A program made the translations under genes and the position numbers. The notes below the pieces were generated by a model that saw only the letters and a list, made by a program, of their open reading frames with translations, searched no databases and was not told where the DNA came from. A DNA stretch of 63,976 nt, filler included, from Choristocarpus tenellus KU-1152 (lineage: Eukaryota > Protista > Phaeophyceae): NCBI GenBank assembly GCA_964200185.2. It is 16 parts of 16 records of this genome, joined end to end, with 100 filler letters (N's around TTAATTAATTAA, not from the genome) between each part and the next. Parts side by side here need not be neighbours in the genome. Positions count along the whole stretch, not along the records: positions 1 to 5,390 come from CAXNAD020010943.1; positions 5,491 to 11,175 come from CAXNAD020010016.1; positions 11,276 to 14,692 come from CAXNAD020020175.1; 13 more parts are not named here. One strand, 5' to 3'. This document shows positions 1-13,589 of this stretch, in pieces (position 1 is the first letter of the stretch; each line of letters starts with the position of its first letter).

Positions 1-18
1 AAAAAAAAAAAAGAAAGG

Positions 19-59
<41 letters not shown>

Positions 60-598
60 CTTCGATATAAGAATAAATTGCTTCTGAAAACCGAATGCAC
101 TCACAAAACAGCCAAATCGTACACCACACCACACCACAGCCAAGGACTACTGACTACTGCACACTACAAAACTCGTGTCACCTGACTACTGACTACAGCC
201 AGAGCAGCCTCAAAAAACTCAGTGCCACTCTACTTTTGTCCCTCTCAGTTCAAGTTCAAGTTTAAATTTAAATAGCTTTTGTCAACTCTGATACACTCCA
301 ACCAGTAGGAAAACACAGCGGGCCTATCCATGACATCTATGACATCTATCTATGACGTCAGGTGGGAACAGCGCAGTAAGATCCGATGCTATGATCATGC
401 TTTTCAGATATCAATGCTAACTAATGCATCTGATCAGAGACCGGAGTAAACATGGTTTGCCATCAACAATTACATCCTTCACTGCTGTCCTCCCTACTAA
501 TATTGCTACTACCACTACTACTACTACTACTACAAATACCACTACTATGACAACGATATTTGTAACCCTAACCCTAAGTTATATATTTTATTTTTCAC

Positions 599-3500
599 CT
601 GACGCATTCGTGCGTAATCCCAGTCCCGAGGATACGCACTTGCCCCAGCAATAATAAGCCTCGGACGAAACGCCTTCGCCATGCGCTCCAAACCCTCGTA
701 GTCAATCAGACCCGTCTCTGCATCCACCTCGTATGGCAGACTCTCAAAGTATATACTGGTAGCGCTCACCTACCCACAGCAGTGTTCACAGTTTGGTGTC
801 AGGGGGGGAGGGGTCTACACCAGGGTGTCCATTTGGTCCGAAATCAGGAAAAGTGCAGTACATTATCCATCCAATGCATGCAACCAAATCACCCAAAAAT
901 CACGATATGAAAAAATTGACCCCATATGGACAGCCGCCACCCCCCCGAGATACTTCGAGCCAACTACAGAGGGCAACCCCTCAATGGGTGCATTTGATGA
1001 TAGGTGGAGGGTAAGGAAGGGAGAGCTATGCACTACTGTAAATGAGTTGACGGTGACACTGCACTGCATGGGGAGAACATGGTGCTGGGAGGTCCTTTGA
1101 CCCCAAGGCAAGCCTGATCATTGCTCTCTTGATTGCTCATCATGACCTCATCTGGGTCATTATTGACACCTGTACAACGTAGCCCTTCAGTCTGCCCTAC
1201 AGCAAGGAGTCAACATGTACCAATGTGAACCACCTCAAAAAGGGCATCTTGTGCAGTACCAGCACAGTGTAGTCAATTGTGCTACAGAGTGCCCTGTAGC
1301 ATTGCATATACACTTATGGCTCTGAGGTCGGATATTGGGGGCAGGGGCAGGGGACGTAAAACTCACTGCACACAACCCGCTTAGCTTGTGCTGCACAAAA
1401 CATGCAGCGCCTTCTGTATCAGGCCGTGCAAACCCCAAAGCTTAATGCTTCAAAAGTGTAACAGACAAAACTGTGCCAATAACAGCATTTTTTCATCGTC
1501 CAATCACAATGCTTAGATTTAAAAAAAATCAAGAAAAAAACATAATGTTACTGCTTAGTACTCCCAAAATATCGCAACATAGTTTGAAGAGTTGTTTCAA
1601 GGGGCGCAGAGATTACCTACATAGCATCAATGTCAATGATCTCTGCGTTTCAAGGGGTTGCTCGCGTGTGATTTTTTATAGTTCTGTTCCCGCCGTACAA
1701 GAAGAAGCAAGTGCAACAAACAACATTGAAGTGAGTAGATACTTGGACACAAATACCAGATCACTGTGCATAATACACACACACACACACATCATAATCT
1801 TTTCAGGAAGAACACAATCAATCAGAAAGCAAGTGTTGTCTAGAATACTGTTGCATCAGTATGTGCCCGCAGTATAAACACATAATATACCTATAGTTAC
1901 TACAGAATGGAAATGAAAAATACTCCACATTCATAACGTACACTATATGTGAATATACACACAAGCAGTTAAACTAATCGCCACAGGAGAGGGGTGAAAA
2001 TAAGACACAAGAGAAAGGAAATGGAAACAAGGACATATTCTCGTATCACCAAGGTCCTACCATATTAAAAAAGCACAAGATCTGCACATACACAAATAAT
2101 ACAACCATACTTCTCATGCTGGACCTATCTTCCCACTCCCCCCCACCGCCTGAAAAACCTCCCTAAAAATACCACAACAGGAGCACATGCAATTCCCCCT
2201 CACCCCCACCCCCTTCTTCAGAAATTTCTTTGTTAACAATTCCAACGGCACATACACACATGCACAATATGTATACATATGTGCCTCACAGCGTAGCATA
2301 GAAATAGTATACAAAACTTTTTTTTTGTTTATCAAAAATACAAAAAAATACACGGCAAACCACATGCCGCTTCATATGGATACACATGTGTGTGAATATA
2401 CTATATAAATATACACATCGGACTACCATCACTAAAACAATACCCCTTACAATACCCCACTCTTTACCTCTTACAAGCACAAGATTCACCACAACACACA
2501 CACAAAAACCCCTCCCTCAAAACTATACTCCTCTCAACAAGCGCAACGAAGCATACATTCGTATCAACCCTAACCCTAACCTTAACCCTAACACTCAATA
2601 CTTCAAAACCACACACACAGACACACACACACACAATTCGCTAGAAGCACAACAACAACAAGAAGCAGCAAAATCATATCATATCATATCATATCATACC
2701 ATACAATATAATATCATATAATATCGTATCGTATCGTATCGTATTGCAGCACCAGGTGATAAGAACCCACATACCTTCTTCTTAGCGTTGTAGTACCCAT
2801 GAGTGAGGTGACCTCCCGATGGAAGGTCCAGACCCATGATGCGATCGTGAGGCTTCAGCAGGGCTGTGTAGACGGCAAAGTTAGCAGGGCTGCCGGAATA
2901 CGGTTGCACATTCACCTGAAAAGGCGTGTGTGAACGCGCATATAGATATTGCGTGCGTGCAGGTAACACCGCCTTCGGTGGCCCTAACCCTATCAAGTGC
3001 GTACTATTAATACTGCTGTCTTAATAGACAACTCCCCCTCCCCCCGGTTGGGATTTCTCTTTCTCCTCATTAATATCGGAAAAGGGATTGGGTAGGACCA
3101 TCCTTGTCCTTGTCTGTCGACCCGCCGCCAATAGCTCTGTAGCTGTGTGCCAAACAAAACAAACCTGTCAAGACTGTGCTCGTTCATTTGTGAATAGAAG
3201 ACTCAAAGTCGTATTGGATGTGTACGCACAAATGATGACGTGGAGCATTCGGGATATCTATTCAAAATGTTGGGCAATTTAGTGTTTTGAGTCACTTGCT
3301 GCAAGGTTTGGTGAGCCCCATCTGGTGATGGTGTTTCACTCTCTTCTCAACTGTGATACAAGCTAATAAACAATACTATTAACTTGTGTGGGACAACAGA
3401 TCGTCAAGGACACCTTAGCATGCTGGTCAACAAAACTGTATCACAATACATACACAGTCCCTACACATTTTTTCTCCGAAGTCAAGAACTGCCCAGGTGT

Positions 3501-5386
3501 ACACAACACCTACACATGTAGGTGTGCATATGTACATATAATATATGTACATACAATGTATGTACATACACATGCATGCATTTGGACTACTTGTTGGGAG
3601 ACTTCAGAACTAATCTCAATATTCCATGAGGTTGATTATTATTCCTCTTAAAACACGATATATAACCAGCCAGTGTTTATCTGTCGACCAAGCCAACACC
3701 AAAAATATTCCGATAAAAGCGACTCGATTTTAGACTACCGCTGTCGGAAATGGACATCGCACTAAAAAAAACCCCAACAACAACAACCCTTTATTCTGAA
3801 GGGCATCCAAAGGGGGGTCAGAACCAAACCAAAAATAAAAAAAGGCAGCCAATGCATCATACTTACGCTCTTCATAACTTCTCACACACACACACACACA
3901 CACGTGTGCTGGCGGAGCCGGGCCGAGATGGAAGCAATAAATTAAAACCGTGTTTACAATCACACAGCGTAAATAAAAAACAATAAAAACAATTGAGACA
4001 CCGCAAGGTACAGACAGTGGCAGCGGATCTACCTGAAAGGTATACCCTGAAAACTACAGCAACATACTAGGGTTCCTCTTTCGTGCAAGGGCTGATGGCT
4101 CTCTTGCGAAAAAAGGAAATTTCCGCTTGGGGTCAATCGATTGGGAAGATTTGACAGCGAAAGGTGTACCTCTGATAGTACAAGCTGAACCTCCGATATT
4201 TCTCTTTCGTCTGTCTCTCTCACAGCTATTCAACGTGCCTCCCCACCCCACCATGTCTTCCATTTTCTAGGCCCCGGGTGGAATTCGGAAGGTTAATAAG
4301 AAAATAGGACAAGAAGGCACGACCCTTGCTCTGACCAATATAAAAACAAACAGAAAAAAATAAAAATATAACTACCGCATCACGGCAGTAACAAGCATAA
4401 AATTAAAAAATATAAAAAGCTGACAAAAAAAAGAAACTAAAGAAACTGACACATCACCTTAGCAACAACACAACAACAATAACAACCCCCCCCACCCCCC
4501 CCCACCCCCCCCCCCCCCCCCCAACCACCCCCACCCCCNNNNNNNNNNCCCCCCATATCTACACTCCTTCCCCCCCCCCCCCCCCTCCACTCCCCCTTAA
4601 CAAAAACAAAAAACCAAAAACACCCCCCCCCCCCCCCCCCCCACCCCCCTCCGACGCATCAATACTGCAAAGAAAAACACAAGAAAAATTCAGACGCAGA
4701 TGACAAGCTGAACTCACTTCCATACTATTAATAGTATTTTGTATAAGATCTTTTAGTATGCGAAAGTCAGAGCCCCTTTCAAACACAAGAATCCTTTAAA
4801 ATAAGCACAACCTCTCCACCTTGCCTCCATGCTAACAATGTACACACTGCTAGGGCAGAGCACGAAGACCCCCAATGTGATGTGTGTATCACCTCACAAT
4901 GGTCGAGTCGACCCTCACAGGTCACGGAGCATTCTATTCACCCTATAACCCTACGATAGTACAATGAGCAGAACACACTTCTAAATAAAATAAAATAATT
5001 AAGTTCTTGCTACGAAGGCGATGTTTATGGAGAGAGGAGGCGATTTCTTAAGTGGATGCACCCTCAGCTTTTGGGAACAAACTGTTCAACCTTTAAAACA
5101 ACAAAAGAAATATGTTTTATTGTCACCGTGGTGCAACCTACTACAGCAAATACAGGCAGTACAGACACACACACACACACACACCCTTCAAAATGAACTC
5201 AATCTCAGTTTGCTTTAAAAAATAACAATGAAAGGGCATAAATCTCAATGGATTTATTGTCTCACCGCCCATTCTTCTGGGTCAAGACGAAACGCCTTCA
5301 ATGCTCGCTCCTGGCATAGCCTCTCCATACGGTCTATGTGTTCATTGCCTCCGTAATAACGGCGCCCTGGCAGACCCTCACTGTAC
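599..5386 (-). CDS. SHMT: Serine hydroxymethyltransferase, partial; exons 5266-5386, 2775-2915, 599-769
   Basis: GT-AG bounded, phase-compatible exons translate to [40 protein letters not shown]|[47 protein letters not shown]|[24 protein letters not shown]...[19 protein letters not shown]. These are hallmark SHMT motifs. The 5266-5386 exon is absent from the ORF track. Confidence 0.97.
797..961 (+). mobile_element. MITE family A copy with eroded left end, in SHMT intron
   Basis: Aligns by eye to 5513-5693 (GGGGTCTACACCAGGGTGTCCATTTGG...ATGCAACCAAATCACCCAAAA...CCCCCCGAGATACTT). Confidence 0.85.
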
Positions 5387-5390
5387 CTGG

Positions 5391-5490
5391 NNNNNNNNNN
5401 NNNNNNNNNNNNNNNNNNNNNNNNNNNNNNNNNNTTAATTAATTAANNNNNNNNNNNNNNNNNNNNNNNNNNNNNNNNNNNNNNNNNNNN
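5391..5490. other. Artificial contig spacer N44-TTAATTAATTAA-N44; 15 in total, the others starting at 11176, 14693, 19146, 22134, 25837, 30899, 33560, 37055, 40756, 45224, 50816, 53806, 57981 and 61147
   Basis: Identical 100-bp N-flanked linker containing stop codons in all six frames. Confidence 0.99.
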
Positions 5491-5512
5491 GTATAGTTGC
5501 TTTATTTCTACT

Positions 5513-5693
5513 GACCCAAAGTATCTGGGGGGGGGGAGGGGGGGTCTACACCAGGGTGGCCATTTGGTTCATAACCAGGAAAAGTGTACTTGCATTATCC
5601 ATTCGACTTATGCAACCAAATCACCCAAAAGTTATTATATGAATAAAATGGTCCCAAATGGACGGTCGCCATCCCCCCTAGATACTTTGACCC
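5513..5693 (+). mobile_element. MITE family A, full length (181 bp), Sola2-like
   Basis: TIRs GACCCAAAGTATCT / AGATACTTTGACCC; 4-bp TSD TACT at 5509-5512 and 5694-5697. Partial copies at 797, 11276, 14793, 31897, 33660, 37155, 45324 and 50916. Confidence 0.9.
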
Positions 5694-7026
5694 TACTCTG
5701 AACATGTTGAACCATGGATGCAGGGACTCCTGAGCTGTGGAATGGTGTTATTCCTCCCAGAGTAGGGCTTCTATCATCAACCCACCACAAGGTTATCCTA
5801 ATTTTTTTCCTTTGGATAAGCAATCTCAAAATGGAAGTTCCAAAATTATCCTTCAGCTCGTGGTTAATGACGACAGGAGGCCCAGAGTACATATATGCAT
5901 CTTTCTTTCAACCCTATTTAGCTCTGCTTCTCTTCCCAAACTTGCTGGCGTTGGTGTGAGTATAGATCCATATTATTACAGAGGTAGCATGGGAGGGGGT
6001 TAGCTAGGTTGTCCATTCTTGATGAGATGTTGTAAGCCACCCCAGTTTGAAGCCCGTCTTTGTGGATACTTTTTCTTCGGATTTGGTCCAGGCAGGATAA
6101 TGGAAAAGTAAGGTGCATCCAGATAAAGGAAATTTCCCTTGCATCTAAGTTGTACACTAAAACAACATGAAAACCATCCAAAGCGACAAAGGCCCCGAAT
6201 GGATGCCTGACCCCCCCACTAGGATACTATAGGCTCTACCATTGGGGCTCAGAAACATCACACTTATAGAATGACCAAGAGAGTATAGCACTGCTTGCTC
6301 GTGAGTCAATGCCATCATTGAGGACACTATTTCCCTGAATTCCCCATGTACCATGTTGAGCCTTGATTTCTGCTAATTTCATCTGAGATATGTGTTCCGT
6401 TTGCTAGAGCCGTTAAATAGTGTCTTGTTTGCTGAGAACTTGCCAAAGTATGTCTAGTCATGACAATCTGGAAAAGTATGGTTTTGAGGCAAAAATTTGG
6501 ATCATAGATAACTGCTTGGGATGTATTGTCAAGAAGATTTCTCCAATTAGTGCTTGAAAAATATCACAACGCCATTTTGAAGCAGTGTTAAGAAGATACT
6601 ACGATGGTATGAAGATTACTCTCTCGTCTTTGCCAGCAGTAGTATTTGTTATATTGTACTCCAGAATATCCGTTTGCCCAGATAGTATCCATGAGTCTTG
6701 GGTGAGGATAGAAAATGTCAGTCTCTCATCCGAGGATTTCCACCCTCGACTTCCTCATCGATAATTCTCCCTCAAAATTGAATACTCCATTGAATATCTA
6801 CTCTGATCTATATGTCCGGGCAAAAACCCTTCACAATATTATAGTCTCAACCCAAGCTTTGCCACAGTCCTCAGCTGTAAACACCAAAGCACTGCCTAAG
6901 TCTATATCATCGAGTCTGTCCACTGATCTCCGCCTCATATCCATGGTAAACCCAACACCCAACCTTCTCTAAACTTTGTTAATCTACCTCCTCCTCGTGG
7001 GACTCATACTCCCAAATGCCTTGCAG

Positions 7027-8187
7027 GGGTAAATACAACATCACCTTTGCCTTCCGTATCCGTCGGGCCACTACAGCTGCTCTGTTTTATGTTGAGCCAT
7101 CCATAGGCACAATTGAACCCGGGCAAGTCGCTGAGATTTGTGTCACATTCTGTAGCAGGGAAGAAACGCATCTCAAGGTTAGTGTATTCCCTCCACATGC
7201 TTGCATTATTTTGTGTACTATCCTCTTCACTAACCTGTGCTATGTGATTTAAGCATTACCACCTAGCAACATTATGCTGATACATCCATTCTTCTTTGTC
7301 TCACCTTAACTGCTTCACTTTTTTCAAATTTGCACTGAGTGGTGATGGAAGGCTCTGAAAGATACACATCCGGATGCATTCACAGTATATAGTCTTACTT
7401 CATAAGATGCTATGTCTACTGAATAGTATGGAGTATATTGTATTTCAAGTCCATGCCTGTTGGTTTAGAACAATCGCTAATAGCAATTCTCTATCCAAAA
7501 GCCCTAAATATCCAAGATAACAAACACACCCAATCATTGATCTAGGTCTACCTCAAAAAATCTATATCTGTCTCCCAATTATAATTTTCCCTTTGCCCCC
7601 TGAACCCATACTTTGCCTTCGTGTTTTTTTTTTATCAGCATTTAACAGCATTTAAACAATATCTAGCTAGACTGCAAGCCCTGCATCACTCTCTGCTTGG
7701 TATATGCACTTGAAAATTCCAAACCACTTTGCTATTCATTGCATAGTCCAAATTGCAAATTTCCCATGAAAGAGCCACTACTACAACACACACATTGCCA
7801 TGCTCTGTCAAATCCTCCTCAAGGACAATAATGATATCCGATGTGTTATTACTGAACCGCATACGGGAGAGGCAGTTGATGACTTCTCAGTGACAGTTTC
7901 AGCAGTCTCAACCTGGAGTCGATTCCGCCTTCAGGTGAAGTCACCCTTCCCTAGTTCAGTTTAGGCGTGCAGAGACAACACACCGAGCCATTTCACATCA
8001 CTGCTGAAGGGATGAGATCACGCTATTGCACAGTTCCAGATACCAATAAGATTTTACTGCCAACCCAACCCTTACACAGCCAAGCCGTGGGATCAACTTT
8101 GGTCCAATAGTGTTCAATGCTGGGATATCAACTAGGACCTTCGACTTGAAGAACGAGGGGGACTTTGAGTTCCTTTTTGCGGTGCAG
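7027..8187 (+). CDS. HYDIN: HYDIN (axonemal central-pair protein), internal exons 7027-7177, 7824-7934, 8080-8187
   Basis: Phase-compatible AG/GT exons give GKYNITFAFRIRR...FYVEPSIGTIEPGQVAEICVTFCSREETHLK|DNNDIRCVITEPHTGE...VSAVSTWSRFRLQ|PSRGINFGPIVFNAGISTRTFDLKNEGDFEFLFAVQ. This is collinear with the Ig-like ASH repeats of HYDIN as I recall them (GKYEIAF...LRCQIIEP...YSKYNITPSSVINFG...TFTIENQG). Confidence 0.85.
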
Positions 8188-8933
8188 GTATGAAATAATT
8201 TTTTTTTGAGTTCCTTTTTGACTCACTGTCATGCCGAAAACAAAGGCAAGGGAAATGTAAATTTTCTTGATTTTGAAAACCTCGGGGTAATAGTGGGCGA
8301 TGATATCATAGCTTAGATTCTTATGAAGCAAGGGCTAGGGCTGGTCTGCTCGAGTTTGCATCATGTTGGTTAAGATTTAGCAGAGCGATACGCGAGGCAT
8401 TTCACTATAAAGAAAAAGTCCACTTGACCATAGCTCCAGAAAAAATCTCAAATAAATCTCCATTCTCATTTTGTTTTGCAAACATTTGGTGCTCCATAAA
8501 TATTCCTAGGAGAAACAAAGCAACACGAGCATAGTGAGAATCAGTCGAAAAACACATTTTATAGTAGAGATTATTATGTCTATTTATTGACTAAACACAA
8601 TACCTTCAGGGGAAGGGAATTGAAGATCCACTTTATGAGGCTGCACTTCGGGCTGCCACTCCAAAAGCATTATTGGTGCAGGGGGAAGAAGCGACTATTC
8701 CCCCTGAACTTCTCGCCCCAAGGAAGGGGAGCAAAGGGAACCCAGGGCGCAGAGGTTCTGTCAGTCAAAGAGAATCTCCTTCACAAATGTCGATCCCAGC
8801 TCCTAAGGTTTGAGAAAATCGAAGGGGTACTCGTGGCATTGATGGAATGGGAGCATACTCTAAAGGGTTTTCAAGTACCTTTTTCAGATATTTTGCTTTG
8901 ATTCGTCCATTGGATAATACAAGTGTTGATATT

Positions 8934-9191
8934 GGGTGAAAGCATCTCAGAGGGTACGAGTTTTCCCATATTTGTCCATTTGCGGCTTGACTTCCCAGAG
9001 TTTTTTTATAACATTTTCCTACCCCGAAATGTTTCGGAGCAGGTAAAATGTGTATGATATTAAAAGGTGTGTCTAGAATAAGGATATCGACACTTCTTAA
9101 CAAACACGATAGCCAAAATTACATCAAAATCACAACAATGAATTTTGATCCCCGAATGGACGCAGGTTTACCCTCTCAGATACTTTGACTC
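8934..9191 (+). mobile_element. MITE family B, full length (258 bp)
   Basis: GGGTGAAAGCATCTCAGAGGGTA...TACCCTCTCAGATACTTTGACTC, with the internal sequence shared by other B copies. No TSD retained. Confidence 0.9.
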
Positions 9192-10857
9192 TCAGCTGCA
9201 CGTTTTGTTTTGGTTTTGTGTTATACCTTACAGGAAGACACTGACTGGCCATGTACTGTATAATATTTTATGCAGAGTTTGCTTGCAACCACAATAAAAT
9301 GTTTTGCATGTGTTACCTTTGGGAATTCTTACCTGCAGGAGTGTCACCTCCAGAAGAGTTTCGTAGAAACGTGGACGGCAAATGGTGGGTCAAAGCTGCT
9401 ACCTCCCCTGCAAAAGGCGAGAGACTCAGTGAAGATCCAAATCGATTTGCTGCACCATTGCTTGATGGGGCACGATGTAGTGTAGCTGCATAAAGGCGTG
9501 CTACCTTCCTGCATATTCACAGTTTTCTTGCTACTGCTGGTCTTTTGGTAAGACCTGAGAAGTCCAACTACAAACAGCTTACTTGTGACGGGATGATGTT
9601 CATTTTTCCTTATTACCTTTCCATGCATGATGGTACTGAAATGCTCAAGCCATTTTTCCCTTTGCTGTATCAATCAAATACAGGGTAGAAGGAGAATGTA
9701 TATCCCATCTCAACTCCAGACATTGAACTAAGAGCAGGAATCAAGCAAGGAAAGCATGTCACTGCAATGGTGGAAGAGAAAAGAGATGATGACAACCGAC
9801 TGAGGGCTTTCCCTGGCAGTGGACCAATTGGATTTTAAGAAACAAGAGTTTTCTTCTTCCTTTTTCTTTCCCAAGTGGACATTTGAGAGCAAAAGGTAGA
9901 ATTTGTATGACTACTGCTGAGAGTGCACAAGAAGTCTTAACAAGCAGTACTCTACGGTCTTGTGCGTCCTCTCTGTCTCTGTGACTAGTCGTGAGAGAAC
10001 GATCACAGGTAACTACCTCCAGGGGAGCAGTCCCTGTGGACAGTGTACGAATACCTCTCACTACAGAGGGCTTGACGCCCTAACCCCACCACACCTATCC
10101 ATCCAACCCTGAGCGGGGGTGTTTGAGTTTTAGGCTATTTCACAGGCCCCATATTTATGAATGCCCGCTTCTCTGTGTCTTCACTGTGGTGACGTGAGAG
10201 CGTGCCTTTGCCAATAAGTAAAAATGTTGAGTTCGCATATGTAGGTAGCCAAACCAGGAGAGTTTCGTCTTCCAGATCTGGTCCGACAGATATTCAATCA
10301 GGAAAATGCTACCTGAACCTTGAGCAAATTCAATCGTCACTTTGTGTGTCTTTGCTCAATATTCCCCAATTTTTTAATAAGTTCTACTGATTGAAGAATC
10401 TATGCTTCACATATTTCTATTCCATGCGGTCTATTTGCTCGTGCCCTGTTGATGAATAGGAAATTGAAGTGAGATAAACATACATCACTATGTAGTACTC
10501 TGGAGTATATTCTTCTAGGTGTGTTACACAAGAAGATAGATCAAGTTCTCAACATTGTCACGAGGAACACGCCAAGTATGGTGCTCTTTTCCCCGGATTA
10601 TATCTTACGTCTTATGGTGTTCAGTGCTTATAATATTGGTGAAGAGGGCACTGAACACCAACCTAAAATAGAACATATCCTCGATCGTCTCAGGCAACCC
10701 AATAGGTTGCCATGGTTGCACGATTCAGCAGAAAAGTGTTGTCAATTTCTCCAGAGAAGTATTTTAATCTGATGTAGCACACTCATATGAGAGAAGTAAA
10801 GATTAAGAGATGAAAACGACCATCTTGCTACAGTTACGAACATCTAATATTAAGTCC

Positions 10858-11073
10858 TAAGAAGAAAAAAGAGCCTGAACGTAGATGGGGTGCTGATTTT
10901 GAGGACAAATCGAAAATTCCCGTCAACATATTAGGGGGTCGACAGATCGATGTAATATTATTTTTTAAGAAGAAAAAAGAGCCTGAACGTAGATGGGGTG
11001 CTGATTTTGAGGACAAATCGAAAATTCCCGTCAACATATTAGGGGGTCGACAGATCGATGTAATATTATTTTT
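10858..11073. repeat. Perfect 108-bp tandem duplication
   Basis: 10858-10965 is identical to 10966-11073. Confidence 0.95.
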
Positions 11074-11275
11074 CACTGACAAATCTCCAAAATGTGAGAG
11101 GGCCTAACATTACAGAAGATACATTTTCCTAATCCATCTATTTTGTATACCAAAGACGGCATATACATTGAATCCNNNNNNNNNNNNNNNNNNNNNNNNN
11201 NNNNNNNNNNNNNNNNNNNTTAATTAATTAANNNNNNNNNNNNNNNNNNNNNNNNNNNNNNNNNNNNNNNNNNNN

Positions 11276-11388
11276 TTGGTGTGATTTGGTCGCACGTGTT
11301 GGATTTGAAATGTCAGCAAAAAAAGAGTTGTTTGACCGAAATGGACGCCCCCTTACAAACCACCCCCACCCCCCAGATACTTTGAACC
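11276..11388 (-). mobile_element. MITE family A partial copy at contig start
   Basis: GTGATTTGGT...GAAATGGAC...CCCCCAGATACTTTGAACC. Confidence 0.75.
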
Positions 11389-13099
11389 AGTGTGGCAGGG
11401 GTGTGGGATGGTGGTGAGGTGGTGGCTTTGGAAGGTGGGTAAGTGGGGACAGAGGGATGGTTGGGGCATTGGCGCAGGGGGTGACCAGGTTGGTGACAGT
11501 AGCGAAAGTAGTGAGCTCGAGGAGTGGAAGAAAGGCTGCGGGGTCCCCAACTCAGCTCCTAACCCTCTAACCTCTAGCCTTGTAGAGGTGTGTGAGTCAC
11601 TGGTCGGGATCCTCACCAGGGTCCATAGTACAAAGCTGGAACCGCTGATGAATGCACGAATCCGTTGTTCCATTGCAGCTTCATCCTTGGACTTGAGGGA
11701 CTGCCATGCTGACAAGCCATCAGTGATGTAAGTTTCGTCTCGCTGCTGGACTCTGTCAAGGTCTTTCGAAAGTCAACGGCAGGTAGCAAGGACGATGCCG
11801 AACGGCTGGTCTCTATCTTCTTCGTATGCAGTGGGGGGTGGAGTGATAGTGGTGGAAGGATGGGAAGTGCGCTGGGTGCAAATTTACCTTGGGAGGTAAT
11901 GCTATTTGTCAGTAGTGAAGACAAGAAGGTGTGGAGCCTCACACGGTTCCCCATTCGCTGAACGTGTTTACATGATGGAAATTAAAAGAGTGACCTTTGT
12001 GGGGTGCCTTCTCATTGTTTGTTTATTATCATTTGTGTTTCGCTACCTATTTCAAAGTAGCGAATGGAAATGAATACCCATACATAATTCCATATATAAT
12101 CCGGATATACTATCTCATTAGTTACATCACATGGATTTAATTTCAACACAATAATATCATATATACACAAAATAAGGTACACGCTGGATAAAACTCGATG
12201 GGCCCAAGGAGTCGCACAGCTCCAGGTGCTCACAACATAGAGTGCGGACGGGGTTCAAGGGAAGGCATCACCAGGAGAAATGGTGTTAGCTGACATTCCA
12301 TGGTGGTACAGTGGGGTTATCTAGTGTGGTGAATTTGGCGGTAGTACAAGACAAGGTCGGGTGAATGTGTTGTAGTATGTGTCGATCAAGTGTTGAGGCT
12401 CATAACCTGTTGAAACCTGATTTCGTATGAGTTGTGTGTTTATTGTGATGTGTCTGATTTGTGACGAAGGAGGTCATAGCGCAACAAAGCACTGGTGAAT
12501 TTGTTCTGGTAGGTCTGATGACATGTTGTATTCAATCAGACAGTGTTCGAAGTGAAGGTATTTTTGGTTGTGCTGTGATTAGCATGGTTAGAGGCAAGTG
12601 TGTGTCATAGTGCAACAAGACACCTGCGGATACAGTTTGATGTGTCTGAAGGGATGTCTTACTCAATCAGACTTTGATTGAAGTGAGATGGGTACTGATG
12701 TGTCTGTAGCATATTCTACTCAAGCAGACAGTGATTGATAGAAATTGTGTGGTAATTCATGGAGACATTCAAATGAATAAATTCACCCTCTATGAAAGGT
12801 TGTCACCTTGGCAGAGAAGGGTTTCAAAGGATGGTTTTAACTCTGCTTATATTGCATTCCGACGTGTGTCTTATACGTGTTGCAGAGTGATGATGGCACG
12901 TCTTATTGAGGGTCTGTCAGCGAAGTAAGAATAAGAAACAACACATGCTATGCAACTGATGGTAACTTGTGTGAAAAAGAAGAACACAGGAAAAAAGAAG
13001 TCAAGCTTGGATCCATATCTAACGTAAATACTGTCATACATCTTCTGAGTGAGTTGTGATGACGAGCTAATGGGCTAATGATGTAAATGGGAATAGCGA

Positions 13100-13329
13100 C
13101 CATTGCAATGGACAAGTCAATGTTCGGTATGGACTGACGATGCTCTATCGTATCAAAGCAAATCGAATGAGTAGCCTATGTTTTAACAGCGAATGCATGG
13201 ACCTTGTACGACGTCAAAAGGGGCAATATGGCCACTGTACAAATATCCTCGATGTTTGGGATGTCCCATTGGTACACGCACATCCTCAAGCAAATGGACA
13301 TCCAAAGCTGAGGTCTCCCTTACCTCAAT
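13100..13329 (-). mobile_element. Degenerate Ty3/Gypsy protease-region fragment
   Basis: The reverse complement aligns to 51065-51210 (AGGGAGACCTCAGCTTTGG...AATGGGACATC.CAAAC...GTCGTACAAGGTC). Frameshifted. Confidence 0.5.
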
Positions 13330-13587
13330 GAGCCAAAGTAGCTTAGAGAGTAGAGCCGCGTCCATTTGGGGGTCAAAATTCAATGTTTCGATTTTGATGT
13401 AATTTTGGCTATCGTGTTTGTTACGAAGTGTCATTATCCATGGTTCCGGACACAATTTTTCATAACATAAACATTTTACATACTCTAAACATTTTGGAGT
13501 AGGAAAATGCCATTAAAAAAACATGGGAAGTCAAGCCCCAAATGGACAAACAGGAAAAAACTCGTACCCTCTAAGATACTTTCACTC
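13330..13587 (-). mobile_element. MITE family B, full length (258 bp)
   Basis: GAGCCAAAGTAGCTTAGAGAGTA...TACCCTCTAAGATACTTTCACTC. Confidence 0.9.
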
Positions 13588-13589
13588 AA

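Noticed and set aside
1-60. Long poly-G/poly-C tracts (also ~4485-4650, ~25981-26010, 63943-63976) as G-quadruplex elements
   Set aside because: They sit at contig ends or gaps, so their length is unreliable and typical of sequencing artefacts.
5700-6970. Degenerate LINE-like sequence on the minus strand (also ~10200-10800, ~44870-45140, ~45400-46500)
   Set aside because: Only faint RT-like words, too decayed to assign or bound.
9339-9416. Possible next HYDIN exon (ECHLQKSFVETWTANGGSKLLPPLQK) with a GC donor
   Set aside because: It is phase-compatible but has no recognisable homology and needs a weak non-canonical donor.
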